The translations under genes and the position numbers were made by a program. The notes under the pieces are model-generated. The model was not told the DNA's origin, did no database searches, and saw only the letters and a list, made by a program, of their open reading frames with translations. From the NCBI GenBank assembly GCA_050575255.1, contig JBNZDD010013660.1, forward strand, positions 2,810,463-2,874,462: a stretch of DNA of 64,000 nucleotides. Direction: 5' to 3'. Positions 26,319 to 39,798 of this stretch are shown piece after piece. Numbering within the stretch: position 1 is the stretch's first letter; every line of letters starts with the position of its first letter. The DNA comes from Harriotta raleighana (lineage: Eukaryota).

Positions 26319-27441
26319 TATTCAGCGGACTGCTCACCCTCTTATTTCTCTGAATGTGTGGACAAATTTTATTTTCTTCCTCAATCATTCTTTTTATATT
26401 TAGGGGTGCTTTTGTTTAAGGTTCTCTTGTTGTATTTGGGTATCTACTTGTCCTGTATGCTCTGCATAATTTTTTTTATCATCAATAACTAAGTAACCCA
26501 CTTATGTCCACACTGTATTTCATTCTAGCTTTCTCCCTAAAATAATCTTGAAATTCCATCCAGCTCAATAATAATCTCAGTAAGAAGAACAACAAGGGAA
26601 CAATAATCTCCTAAAGCTCTTCCAGTATTGATGCTCATTTAACCTCTAGTCTGTGCACAGATGGCACAAAATGATATAGTTGCCATTTTATATTTGTCTC
26701 AGTTCCTCATCCACTCTGAAGAAGCCATTGCTTTGTAGCTTTCCTGAACAGTTTTAGAGGCAAATGGGAAATTGTGGGGACAGCTCACTCCCAAAGACCG
26801 AATGCATTATTTAGGAATAGAGATAATATTTTTGTTTATAAGTCATATGATATAAATATAAAAATTCATTCTAAATGTACACTTTTTTATTATTGCTGAT
26901 TATGCAAGGTTCATATGTGATTTCTGATATGATTCCTTAATGAAGAAACTGAATGCAGTTTTTTATATCAACATTAAATAGCTTGTGGGAACTTTGCTTT
27001 GAAAGTGGATTGTGTCAGAGTGGCATTCCTACAACATGATGTAATTTATTTCCAGATTTGTTACTAAGAAATCCTTTAAGAAACCACTACATTTTAGTCC
27101 ACGAATGTGGAAATTCACATAAATGTTTAGATTTATTTCATTGCACTGTATAAACTAAACTGAAAATAATTTCTGGAGAATATGATTGAAGCATAAAAAA
27201 AGTAAGTAATTTGTAAAAAACGGGTTTCATGTGATTACATTTCTGTAAACTATGACACAACAAAAGCCCATGTGCCAATTATTTCATTGCCAAGCATAAT
27301 AAAATCTATGTTTATCATTTGGAAACAAAACTCTAAGCTTTCCCTTAAAAACTGGCTGTTGAAGTGGTAGAAATATTCACATACTTGATTATATTCTTGT
27401 AAGACTTCAGATTTACATTATGGTCAGCCATCCTGTAAATA

Positions 27442-28375
27442 TAGTAAAACCTTGTTTATCCGTGACTCAAATCACTGGAAAACCCACTCAAACGCCATCT
27501 CAAAAAAACTCCCGATTCGATTAACCGGAAGTTATCCAGGCAATTAGTGATGACGCGTTTAATGTGGGTCAAAACACGTTCCTGTTCCTTTTAAAAATCG
27601 TTTTTTTTTACCTCGTTTGGATGAATGCTGCCGTTGCGAAGTTAAGTATAAATAATAAAGTACTAACACTGGTGTAGGTAGCAGCCAGTGAGAGAGAAGG
27701 AGAGAGTGGATGAATGGAGAGATGGAGAAAACGGAGAGAGGGAGAAAGAGAGTGATGAGGACAGGTTGATGCAGAGCGAGAGGGAACGGGGAAACGGAGG
27801 AAAGGGAGAGAGAGAGGGAGCGGGGAAAGTATAATGGAGCGAGAGAGAGTGATGCAGGCAGGTTGATGCAGAGAGAGAAAGGAGGGGAATGGAGAGATGG
27901 AGGAAATGGAGAGAAAAAGGGGGAGACAGAGATGGGGTGGAATGGAGAGATGGGGGAAAGGGAGAGAGAGAGGAGGCAGGGGAGAGATGGGGAAAAGGGA
28001 GACAGAGCGAGATGAGGGAAAGCTTAATGGATCGAGAGAGAGTGATGCAGACAGGTTGATGCAGAGAGAGAGAAGGAGGGAGAGAGAGGAAAGGGAGGGA
28101 GGAGAGGGTGAGGCTATGAGAGTTGTGGGCAGAATTTATATGATGGGTTCAGACTGAATAACTTTGAGGGTGTGTGTCTGTGTGTGTGTGTGTGTATGTA
28201 TGTATGTGCTGGCCGCTAGTCAGGTCTAAACTTGCTGCTGCTCCTTTTAAAAGTCGCGTTTTACCTCCGTCGAAACAGTGCTGCCATTGCGAAGTTAAGT
28301 ATAAATAATAAAATACTAATACAATATTCTGTAATTATTTAGTCTATTATTAATATGGTATGTGTTAAAATAATT
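27442..28375 (+). mobile_element. CAGTAAAA-family MITE, long GA-rich form (copy C, right TIR missing)
   Basis: Starts TA + tagtaaaaccttgtttatccgtgac; reverse-complement match to copy B. Confidence 0.85.
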
Positions 28376-29089
28376 GGCAAGTGGCAAAGGTATTTCATTT
28401 GGCAAGTCTTGTCATTTTACATGCTAGCCTGATTATGTATAGATACAGCTTGTGAGCAATGGCATTTATCATTGTATCACTTGCTGTCAGGGAAACTGAG
28501 TTGTGTTTTGGCAGGAAAGAGAGAGAGAGAGAGAGAGAAGAATGTCATAGCCCTGAACTGGCCTGGATCCAAAAGTACTGACTGTATAATTGAGATTGAT
28601 AGGTCCTGTAACATTTCACCTATACAGATGCAATTTAGTGAAGTGTTTAGATCAAGGGGAGGAAAATGTCAAGTTCAAATTTCAGATATCAAATCGAAAT
28701 AATGATTTAATCATCATCTCTCGCAATCTTTTATCAATATCAATTATGAGAAATCACCATAGAGATTGTGATTAATTAAAATCATTAAAATGACTGCTGA
28801 TCAAAAAACAAGTTCGAGTTTGTGGTCTTAATAGAATCTACCCTGCAAGGTCACCACATTAAGGAGGACTGAAAAAGAGTGGCAAAGGTGATTCTTATTT
28901 TCAAGATTTATCATTTCCTAAGTTGTTAAGTGCATTTTTGTGTGATGATGATCTATGAGACTGGCTCCAAGGTATCATGCCTAGCAACAGAATACCAGAA
29001 TCAAGATTACTCTCTTATGTCAATCTCAACAGTCCAGTTTCTGAGCCAGGTTGCTCTGCAGTACACTGACTGGGGACCACTCTGCCTGG

Positions 29090-29550
29090 TTCATTCGGAG
29101 TGCCTGGAGGGGCAACTTGGTCTATGGGGTGACAGACATTCTGCCCATTCATAGCCCTGTAAGCAAAATGCCCTAACAGGTAGCCTGGTCCTAGCTGGAT
29201 AAACACCAGGATGCTTGACACACAGGTTAGCTATGTGGTAGTTTTAGCTGGTTAAGTTCCAGCAGTACCCCAACCACATTCTCTGTCGCCTTGGCTCTTG
29301 CCAGCCTTTGCGTAATACATTCCAGAATTAAGTATCGCGCAATTGGATGCTGCTTTTTGTCCACGTGATATACAGTCAGTTCACTTTACAGTATATTCTG
29401 TGAAGTACTTTGAGACTTCTCAGTAAGTAAGCAAGGTGTGTCCAGCCAAGGAGAGTGTATACTCCCTCTCAGTCATGGTAATTTCCACATTTAGGGGGTG
29501 TACATGTCTGGTGATGGGTTTTCTCATGTGTCAGAGACTGGCTGACAAAA
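29090..29550 (-). repeat. Ancient CCAGCTAAAA-family repeat, interrupted by a SINE fragment (~29335-29425)
   Basis: gttttagctggttaagttccagcagtacccc at 29241 is the reverse complement of the family core. Confidence 0.65.
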
Positions 29551-31194
29551 CAAAAAAAAGTAAAATAAATTGTTGACATTTTTTTTTGCATTGATTTCAA
29601 ATTCAACCAAAAATAACATTGATTGTTTTTGAACAACCAAATTATTTCCAATAAATGTTGGGTGTTTTTAATTGCATTTGCACTAGTTCCTACGAGGTGC
29701 CAAGGAAGCATTATCTGGAATAACAACTCAGGAATACCAGCAAGCACAAACCACTTGGGATGATTCTCTTCTTGTCATTTCTTTTTAACATTGGTGTATG
29801 TTGGGGAAATTAGGTGATGTGGTGAATACTATCTCATTTGATGTGATTTCATGTTATCTTCCTTTTTTTAATGGAGATTGTTCCCCCCGCCCCCACTTCC
29901 GCTTCGCTTACTTTGTTCAAATTGTTTTGCCCAAAAGCCAGTCATGCAAGTATAGAGCTGGTCAGCAGTGCCTTTGATCGTACCAGAGCCCCGAATTTCA
30001 GTGCCAGTTCAGAGAATACCATCATAATTCAATTTCTAAATTTGAGTTAACCTGGTGTTCCCCAAATTGCTCAGATGGGATCTGTCTAGCAGGATCACAG
30101 CCATCTCCAGTTAGCTGAATAGATGAAGCATTGGCTTGTGGGCAAGACAATTTAATTGGTTCGGGAATGTTCCCCTGCGGCACTTATTGACTGGGACATC
30201 TAAAGGAGGTGGATGTTCTGGGATATAACATATTTTCACTCCTCATAAGTACACACTGCCATGGATGATAAGATGAACAAGTCAATTTGAAGTGAAAATA
30301 ATGTTGATGCTGGGTTGCAAATTGTGGCTTTCCTATCTTTAGTCCTATTGTTAAAATAAAAACAGCTCCTTGACTTTTGCACTGCACCCATCAACTAAAT
30401 GCATATGGAAAGTTCACAGAAATCTAATCCATAGATATCTTGCACAGTGAAATTGTGAGAATGTTGCCTGATTAATATTATATGTTGTAATCAAAAGTTA
30501 CATATTTTCAAAATATTTTCAAAACACAATACATTTGGGGTTAGGAAAACTGAAATTTGCACAGGGTGTTTCAGGGTTTCCTGTACAGAAGTAAATTTAG
30601 TATCTCATTCAAATAGAAAGCTTTGATGATATTCATGTTTTAACTGATATTTCTCATGATCTTGGTATTAAAAGTTGAAAGTTTGGCTAAAATCTGCAAA
30701 AATGATTAAATGATTAAAGCAGTAATTTTGTGTCACTAAGAAGATGGACAACTCTATAACACAGTTTCCTTCTCTCACGGAGCATATCCTAAGCACTCTT
30801 GAGACACCGTCCGGCGTGGAGGGCGCTATATAAATCAAAGATGTTGTTGTTGTTTCCAAGCATTTAAAATGTTGTTATCTGATCAATGATAAGGCTGTTT
30901 GATGTCAATATATTTTTCACATGAAAATATGTCAACTCTAATAGAACTGTCACCTTTCATTCCCACAATAATTACAACAGTACTAAGGCTGTGATCTTTG
31001 TGCAAAATTTACACCAGAAAGTTTACATTTACCATATCTGTGTGTTGAACCATACAAATTAAATTGTGGATGGCAAATGAGAGCAGGAAACTATGCTTAT
31101 TGTGTGTTGGTGAGAGGGGTGGGGGGGGGGGGTTGCTGAAGTGCCAACAAATCTGTTGCCCTGGTGTAAATGACCAATATAACGAGCATAAGCT

Positions 31195-31560
31195 CATAAT
31201 AATATCAATAATTTCATCTGATATAGCATCTTATCTCGTCATTGAGACATCTCATAGCATTTCACAGAATATTCTATAAAGTGGATTGACAAACGCCAGT
31301 TTATACCCAGCAATGTCCCACAAATGCCCATGGACTGAGTGACCAATTTAGATTTGGGAGATTTGTTGGCTGGGACAAATGACCCTTCTCAATTTGAATA
31401 GCACCATGAGATCTTTAAAGTTGACCTGAACTGGCAGGTGGGACTTCAGTTTAACATCTTATGCAAACGCTGGCACCTCCGACAATGCCACATACTTCTA
31501 GCAGTCCATTGCAGTGTCAGCTTAGACTGGGTGATTCCAAGTCGCAACTGTAACCTAATA
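31195..31560 (-). mobile_element. Older Deu-domain SINE
   Basis: Tail plus Deu core blocks (gtttaacatc, ggcacctccgacaatgc, cagtgtcagc). Confidence 0.75.
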
Positions 31561-31777
31561 CTGTAGTACTGCGTCCTACAAATGTATCAGCTTCATTCTG
31601 CATCTTTCTATCAGCATGTGCTGTATGTACATTGTAAAACAGTAGGATTTAGATTTTACATGAGTTAATAAAGCCCAAGAGTATGTCAGTAGATTCTTGG
31701 CATCATGTTCAGTAAGTGTAAACAGAGCCTTTGTTTATCTTGCTTCTGGTAAACTAATTGATTTTGCATTAATTTGA

Positions 31778-31942
<165 letters not shown>

Positions 31943-33738
31943 TAATCTCTCTACACTTCATCTTTCCATTTGTTAGATATTTGTTGATAACTCAATTATA
32001 TACTTGGGTTTCTAAAAGCTTCTTAGATTTGGGTTACAATTGTATTTACACATTGTGCAAAACATAATTTGAGTGTGTGGTGTGGCAAACAGATAGCTCA
32101 CTAAATACATGCTTGTTATTTGTGTAACAGTCCTGAACAAGGTGTACAATAAGTCATTCCAATGTAAATCTATTGAAGCCATAAATCCTCAAAATACCAA
32201 ATCCTGTTTTTCCATTGTCGAGAAGCATGATATGCACGCTGAAATTACATCAGAATATTAAAAGCACTTACATAACTGAAGCGTTTTTGTTCAGATTCAA
32301 CATTAATAATTGAGCTGCATAAGAATTCAATTTTATTCTACAACTGATCATAACTGCTCACTTTTGTGTCCAGTTTGTTTTCTTCTACACCAAGGTAAAA
32401 TGTATTACTTAATCATTACTCTGAATTCCAAAACAATGGTCTCATATATAAAGGGTGTTGAATACCTATTTCCTAGTTACGTTAGTTGCAAATGTCCTCA
32501 TTAGAAAACATAGAGCCAGGGCTAGAATGACAGCTAATTAACTCTCTGAGGCATAGAATAGCAACGAGATGAAAAGGGCAGTATTTGTTGGATCCTCTAG
32601 ATGGAATTATAAAACTGTGATCCTCTATTTTTTTTTGCCCTCTTTCTAGTGTTTTGCCCTTTTTCAAAGTACCTGTAATGATTCCTGTGTCTACTAATCA
32701 CCTGTGACAAATACTGAAAAATACATGACTAATTACTTGTTTAGGGTTATCACAGGTGAAACACTTAACACACATTGTGTTGTTCGATTTGATTCCTTCT
32801 TACCAGTGTGTGAAGAACCTACTAAACAGGGAGTTAGTTGGGCCCAATTAATTTCCCCACATGCTGTCTTTCAGGCTCGTGTATCTAATCTGATCATTAA
32901 TAGCCAATTCAAATGAGGGAAGAATGCAGAATTAAAAGCAACAATTTAATTCTATTTCAGGATTCCTTCAAGGAAGAATAATTATTGTATTTCTCTGGAG
33001 TTATGTTCACAGAACAAATCCTGTGTAAATACAACAACATATCAATACTGCTACCATGAGATGATAAGTACTGTTTAATCTACTTAATACTGATGCCATA
33101 ATTCAATAAGGTGCAGCCAGCAATCCAACAGCCTCTTCTCCACTTGGGACTGAATGGAAGGGGGATTGCAATAGATACTTAGATGATGGAAGTTGTCAAG
33201 AGGGGTTAGCTTCCACATATTGAGGCCAGATTCCCATTGATTGTAGAGATTATTCATTTCAATCACACAGGGAGCTCCAATCTTGCCAAAATTGTTCTCT
33301 GTGTGTGAGGTCTGCATTATTCTCTGGAGCTTAAAGGAACTGTTCTAGTCCCCAGAATGTCTTATTAGAGGATTCTGCCTGAATCCAAAACTACTGAACA
33401 ACAGGCCAGCAGGTACATTACATCTAACAGTATCACATATTAAATCAGGCCTATCCTTCTGCTTCAGATAATTCAGGCAATTTGCCCAGATTAGTTGTTA
33501 TCGATCGCATAAAGATAAATATAAAAGATGTATAATTAAATAAAAATGGTGAGGCTAGGTAACATTTAAAAGACTGTTGAGGTTAAATAATAGGATTATT
33601 AAAAGAAACACATGGCAATATAGAAAAGCAGATTGAAGATAGTAGCAAGCCATAATCCAATATTTTCCTTAGCTATGTTTCCAGTTAACCATTTGTTAAA
33701 CACCAGATGGTTTTGTAAGTTTGAAACAGATGGAAGAA

Positions 33739-34090
33739 GCCCTTGTAGTGCAGTGGATAGAGCTGCAATTTAGGGACCCAGAAATCACTCATTCAAATCC
33801 CGGCCCATGTTGCGTTTGTTAGCTTTTGGCTTCAGCTGAGATTGTTTGGGGTGGATAAATTGCCATGGCCTTCACAGGGTTAGAGAAGGAAAAGCAGCCA
33901 GGATTACTGTTACTGCTCTCTCTATTCTTGCAAGCCTGTTTGGCAGCTGAATGTGTAGAGGTGAGGCTTGGCTGTCAAGCCCACTATCGTTGAGTGCCCT
34001 GCTGGCTCACACATGAGCAATGGCAATTGGCACCTGTGGAACACAACCAAGGCCAAACCAGAAACAGGAATGCAAACAATAGAGAGAAAA
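33739..34090 (+). mobile_element. Old SINE, second family, with tRNA-like head
   Basis: tagtgcagtggatagagc (A-box-like) and ttcaaatccc (B-box-like), followed by the body shared with 16030-16350. Confidence 0.6.
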
Positions 34091-34849
34091 CAGTAATAAT
34101 TGGACACTATTTTCGGATAGTGACATTTAACATGCATTTTCAATTTAGAAATACCTAAATTAACAATTAATGCAAAGGATTTATTAAATGACTCATTACG
34201 AGGAATCCGTTCCTTTCTTGTTGATTCTATTATTAAAGAAAATTTTTTACTTCCTCTGTGTACACATGGTTTCTACAATTCGCATAAAAGACTCCAATGA
34301 GTCAAAAGAAGTGGGCATAATCTTAAAATTACAACTTTTAAAATTATTCCACAGTGCATAAGTACAGAAGTTGTTTGAAAGACATATAGAAAGGTGCTCG
34401 GGAAATAATATCATTAAGAAGTATGGCAAAAGCAGGGAAATGAGGATAAAAATATTGAAGGCTCCCACGATGTAATACAATGGTGGAACAGGTTTGACTG
34501 GTTTCCTCCTCTTCTTATGGGGTAATAGCTATCGAATCAGACATATTCCGAAACACTGTCAATTTTAGATCTGTTTAATCATTCCTGCTTACGAAGTGGC
34601 TTTCCCACTATGTCCATGCATTGGTTGCATCCAGTCCAAGCTATTTTTTAATTTTGTTCAGAATTTTTTCTGAGAGGCCTTATTTGGAACACAGTGCAAT
34701 TCTGGGGGTATGCTATCTTCAAAAGAACAATTAAGGGTTGCATAGGATTCAGAATTAACTGATATTTGAGCATTTCTGGTTTGTATGTCTTAGTTTTGCA
34801 CTAGGTCATTGGGTGACTGAGTACTTTCTGTAAAGGAACAGTCATAGTA

Positions 34850-35257
34850 CAGTAAAATTCCTTTAATCCAGCACTTGTTAATCCGGAATGTTTTATAATC
34901 TGGCATCTGCTACAGTCCATCTTTTTCCAATATGCGCATCTCTATGTGCATCTCTTCCCAGAGGCGTGTTTAAGTCTTCAAACTACTCGGTGCATTTTGC
35001 TAGGGGGCCCGTCGCTGACGTCACGTTTAATAAATGCGCAGGCGCAATTTTAAAAAAAAATTACTTTCAGCGGGTGCAATGCCTCTATAGGCAGATCGCC
35101 AGCTCCGCCGGGATAGGGAGAGCTCTGGTTTTCACTACACGGATATGTAACATAGATAAGAACATAGCAACTCAAGAGTAATGTCCAATAATCCGTCATA
35201 TTTGCTAATCCAGCACGGACTAGGTCCCGAACGTGCTGGATTATTGGAATTTTACTG
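34850..35257. mobile_element. Tigger/pogo-like MITE (408 bp)
   Basis: TIRs cagtaaaattcctttaatccagcac / gtgctggattattggaattttactg; TA on both sides. Confidence 0.9.
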
Positions 35258-35514
35258 TACCTTATTACCCAATTTTCTTTTTCACCTTTGCTAATGTACA
35301 CTTTTCCATGGTATACATGTTTCTTATATATTGCTTCAACATTTATCCACATTAAAATCCATCTGCCTATCCTTGACCCATTGTTTAGTACTGCTGATCC
35401 CTTTCCTACAATCTCTCTTAAATTTATTTGCAAATCGTTTAGAATAGTGTTACAGAATTAGCAAATTATACGATGCAGTGTTTCAAAAAACACTTCCCTC
35501 CATGATCATTCATT

Positions 35515-36230
35515 TTGCTTTATGGTCAGCCACATGAGGAAACTCACCATTATGCTTGAGTATCCAAACCACCTGAGTTTTCCACACATCAATCTACACA
35601 TTGGACATTCTTGAGATATGTATTGGAATTCTGCTTATCTAAATTTGGAGAGTATTAAGTAGAGGTTGGCAAGAGCTGAGGCTTGGGGACCAGAGTGCAT
35701 TCAGGTACACCTGGAGTTTAATCAGCTAAAACCATACAGGTTGCAATTGACAGGGCTGTCTGGCAAAGCTATCCCATTGCTTGTTCAGCTAGGACAACCC
35801 TATATGTTAAGAGTTTTGGCTTGCAGGATTAATAGAATATGAATGGGAAGAATCTTTGCCCCCAACGACTTGTTTGCCCTTCCAAGTCCAGCCAATGAGC
35901 CGGGCTTGCAGTGCTGTCATCAGCAATGGCATGGAGTATTGCAGACCCACCTTGTGACGTTCTAGCCATCTTGATACTCTCGAGTCCAATGCACCAACTG
36001 CTTAATCCAGGGCCTCATGTGAGGGGCTTTGGCAAATAAATGGCTACAGGTCAGTGTAGGTTGGAATCCACTCTCCCTGCTTCCTGTGTTTGCCACAAAT
36101 CCACCTGACTGCTCAACTTTGCAAATGGGCTGCAAGAAGCCTTTTTGCTGCATCATTAGCATTCCTGACAAGTGTGGTCTTGACTGGTCACTTGGCCTAA
36201 CTGAGGTTTAAGTGAAGTTTGACAGCTTGA
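35515..36230 (+). repeat. Ancient CCAGCTAAAA-family repeat, longest copy
   Basis: Core ggagtttaatcagctaaaacc at ~35713-35733; colinear with 40185-40760. The right boundary is uncertain. Confidence 0.65.
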
Positions 36231-36379
36231 AGACCAAACTCATTCCTTCAAGACATCTAGAAGTTGCGAAAAGCATTATATCAAATGCAAGAATTATTAC
36301 TATTATTACTTTAAGTCGGTGTCTACGACGTTGCTTGAAATATATTTTATTTTGGCTTCTTTTGTACAATTACCTGCTA

Positions 36380-36727
36380 CAGTAAAACCCCATTCATCTG
36401 GGACCCTCGTGGGGTCGACTAATTGACGGTGCCGGATAAACGGGGGGAAAAGTTGCCGAAAACCCAACATAAAAAATTAACTTATTTTAAAACATACCTT
36501 GTTAATAATAGACTAAATAGTAACAGAATATTTTATGGATACATACCAATAAAGCATTCCAGCACACTTGGTAAAAATCCAAGTTCGTAAATTTAATAAG
36601 TGCGCATGCGCACACATTGCACGCACGCGCAAAGTGAGGAAACTCGCGATTGCTGGAATGGGGAATTGCCTCGGGAGGGGATCGAGCAATCCGGTTGATC
36701 GGGTCACAGATAAACAGGGTTTTACTG
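36380..36727 (-). mobile_element. CAGTAAAA-family MITE, short form (348 bp)
   Basis: TIRs cagtaaaacccc / gggttttactg with flanking TA; reverse complement of 53483-53869. Confidence 0.9.
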
Positions 36728-36755
36728 TAATATATTTTTTGCCTCTTGTGTATAA

Positions 36756-36881
<126 letters not shown>

Positions 36882-37500
36882 GAATTCACTGCAGTCACCC
36901 CTGACCCTGGGAAAGCACATTCACTAAGTGCAACAACAGCCCGTCCCCTACTCCTAGCTTTATTTCCTTTTTTTAAAACAACTTTGTGTAAAAATGTCCT
37001 TTTGTTCCCTGATGACTTGAAATAATTTTGAGACTGTTGTTTTTACAATGAGTAGGTTTGGATCTCTACAATGCAAGGAATGTTGGAGTTGTACTAGTAG
37101 AGAGCTTTATTGTTACATAGCTTTGTATAAGTGTGTTTCCTTTCATGTGGTCCTTGAACCATAATAGATTATATCTAATTTCTTCATATAGGTAGTGCTT
37201 AGAACCAAGTTTTTGTACTGAAGTTGATCATGTCAGGTGCATGCTACCAGGTTAAAGCTTTGTAATAAGCTTAAATTAACAATCACTGTGCATTATAATG
37301 ATGACTGTCCTTATCAATAGCCTGGATTTTTTTTTCAAAAAGGCTGTTGATCAACACAAAAGATTTGTGTATTTTGCAAAATATCTACTTTTAAATGCTT
37401 GTGAATTTTGAGGTAAATGCAGCTCCTGACCGTGGAACAGTTTGATGTACACTTGTATTATTGAAGCACTCAATAAAACAGCACTATGGCTGAAATACAG
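36882..37500 (+). other. UBE2E2: 3' UTR of the UBE2E gene
   Basis: Repeat-free AT-rich stretch from the stop codon to the poly(A) signal; the cleavage position is approximate. Confidence 0.75.
37472..37477 (+). terminator. Polyadenylation signal AATAAA
   Basis: AATAAA ~590 nt after the stop, preceded by two TGTA (CFIm-type) motifs at 37446 and 37454 and followed by a T-rich tract. Confidence 0.75.
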
Positions 37501-37751
37501 CTTACATTTTCTTTAACCACATTTAGGGAATTAACTGTCTGTTTAAATACCCGCTAGTTCTTTTTAAATCTCTTAATATGATCATATAAAACATTACCCT
37601 GAGTAAAAAAAAATGAAAGGATATACAATAATAATGTATTTAGAAAGAATAGAGTGAAACCTCGATTATCTGCACCTTCATTATCTGCCTTTCTGATTAT
37701 TTAGTATAATTTTCTCTTTATTCCCCTTGTTCAGCTTACAGCTCACAGAGC

Positions 37752-37818
37752 TGAATTAAAGAGGCAAGTGGAACACATACAATATGAATTAAAAGAGGCA
37801 AGTGGAACACCTACAATA
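37752..37818. repeat. Tandem duplication of a 33-34 bp unit
   Basis: tgaattaaa(a)gaggcaagtggaacac(a/c)tacaata occurs twice. Confidence 0.85.
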
Positions 37819-38104
37819 TTGACCACGGTGTCCTTTTTGATGGATCTCTGATGTAAAGACTCCCAAGAGACACCATCCGTCTCAAACGTAGCAACTGTTT
37901 ATCGGTCTCAAGAAATTATAGTTAGTGATGAATGTGATTTGTGAGTTTTAACTGCTCATTTTAATATATGATTCCAGGAAAAGCATTTTATACATTAGAG
38001 GATTGAATCAGACACAATTTATGCAAGTGTTTTACATAAACTTGTTGCAATATTTTCATACTTTTCAAAATTAAATCCATTCCTCAAACAAGATGATATA
38101 TATC

Positions 38105-38299
38105 TTGCTGAGGTGGTGGGAGCAGATTCAATAAGAACTTTTAAGAGAGAAGTATATTGTTATTTGGGGAGGACGGGTTTGCAGGGCAATGGGGAGAGAG
38201 TGTGGGAGCATGATTTGACCAGCTTTTTTCAATAGGCTGAATGCTCCTTCTCTGCTGTACAATTCTATGTATTTTATGATCAATTCTAGGATTCTATGA
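38105..38299 (+). mobile_element. CR1 LINE 3' fragment
   Basis: Similar to 20545-20718; ends in degenerate attctatg repeats. Confidence 0.8.
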
Positions 38300-38614
38300 A
38301 TTGGGAAGCTTTAGGAAGAGATAGAATAACTGTGTGCTGTGTGTCATTAATAATCATACACCAGTTACCATTACCTGTTCAGTGTAGCCATGGTTATCTA
38401 CCAATTTCAATTATATCAGGGATCCTCGTCATCATGGTAGAAAATCAAGTTTTCCAAGGATGATAAGGAATGCGGATTGAATCAATTAATTGATTTTTTT
38501 CTCTTTTCACCCTTCATACAACACATTTTCTAAGATTTAATACTGTCTGAATTTGATGTTTATATCTTTAAAACGGATTAGGAAACTGGATGTTGCAGTC
38601 ACAAAGAAAATATA

Positions 38615-38923
38615 ATTAATAATAATAATCCTTGCATTTGATATAGTGCTTTTCACATCTTCTAGGCATCTCAAAGTGCTTTACAGTAAAGTGTTTACTG
38701 TAAAGTGAATTGATTGTATATATGTGCTCAAAATACGGCAACCAATTGCGCACAGCAGTGTCCCACAAACAGTTATGGATTGAAGTGATCAATTTTTTTT
38801 AGGGATTATTATTATTAGGCATGTGGAGTAAGGAAACTTGCCTAAGGTTTCGCCCTGCCGAGACTTGAACCCAGGTCTCTCACTTATAAGTTGAGTGCTC
38901 TAACCACTGAGCTACAGGACTCC
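38615..38923 (-). mobile_element. Near full-length young Deu SINE
   Basis: (AAT)n tail, core and tRNA head (accactgagctacaggactcc on the + strand). Confidence 0.9.
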
Positions 38924-39798
38924 AAATTTCACATTATTATATGCATTCATCGACAAAAAAAATTATGTCACAAGAAGGAAGAGAGGAAGAATGACTCATG
39001 TCAGTTCTGGATCATCTTACCTCATATAGTAAATGGGTGAACAACAAAAATCGTCAAAAGCTGGAGAGTAGGTTTCCTGCCTCACTCTTTGTCCCAAAGA
39101 TTATGTGGCTATCCTGAAGGAAGGAAGGTATAATGGAAATAAGTATCAGTTCTTACTTCCTATTAATGAAAACTTTAGTATCACATTGACTTCAGAGATT
39201 TAGGCTTCCTTGGGCCAATTGTACTTTTTCTAAGTAGGTACTAAATAATATCAGTGATTATTTAAGGAGTTAATCTACACTTTTAACTTGACTGTTTTAA
39301 TTGGGATTCAGTTCCACAGACTACTGCGTGTTTTGATTGTATTTTGCACACAGTTCATTGATCTCACCCGCAGGCATTTTTTCAAAGTACTCTTATGCCA
39401 TTCGTTCTTACATCATTGCTTCTCAGTATCAGTCCTGTAAGCCACAATGGAACAAAAGTGTTCAATGTCAACCTAGTAGCGGGAACCAAAAGGTTGAAAA
39501 TAATCACGAGAGAGGTTTGGATAAAACGGCCCATTTGATTTGATCCTTTTATCTTCCCAATCCTAGCATCTTTTTATTACAGCAACAAGCTGGTTCTTAA
39601 ATGACTCCATTATAAAATGCACAAAAGGTAAATGATCTAATCTTTATCTCCTGGGTAATATGCAGAACTCACTGAAGCTAAACCATTGCCATTTCAGAAA
39701 ACTATTTTGCAGAGCGCTGTATGCAAAAGCCAATCTTTTGGGTGAAGAGCATGAAAGGAAAGTAGAAGAGAGTAGCTAGGAGATACAGAAACAAGATA

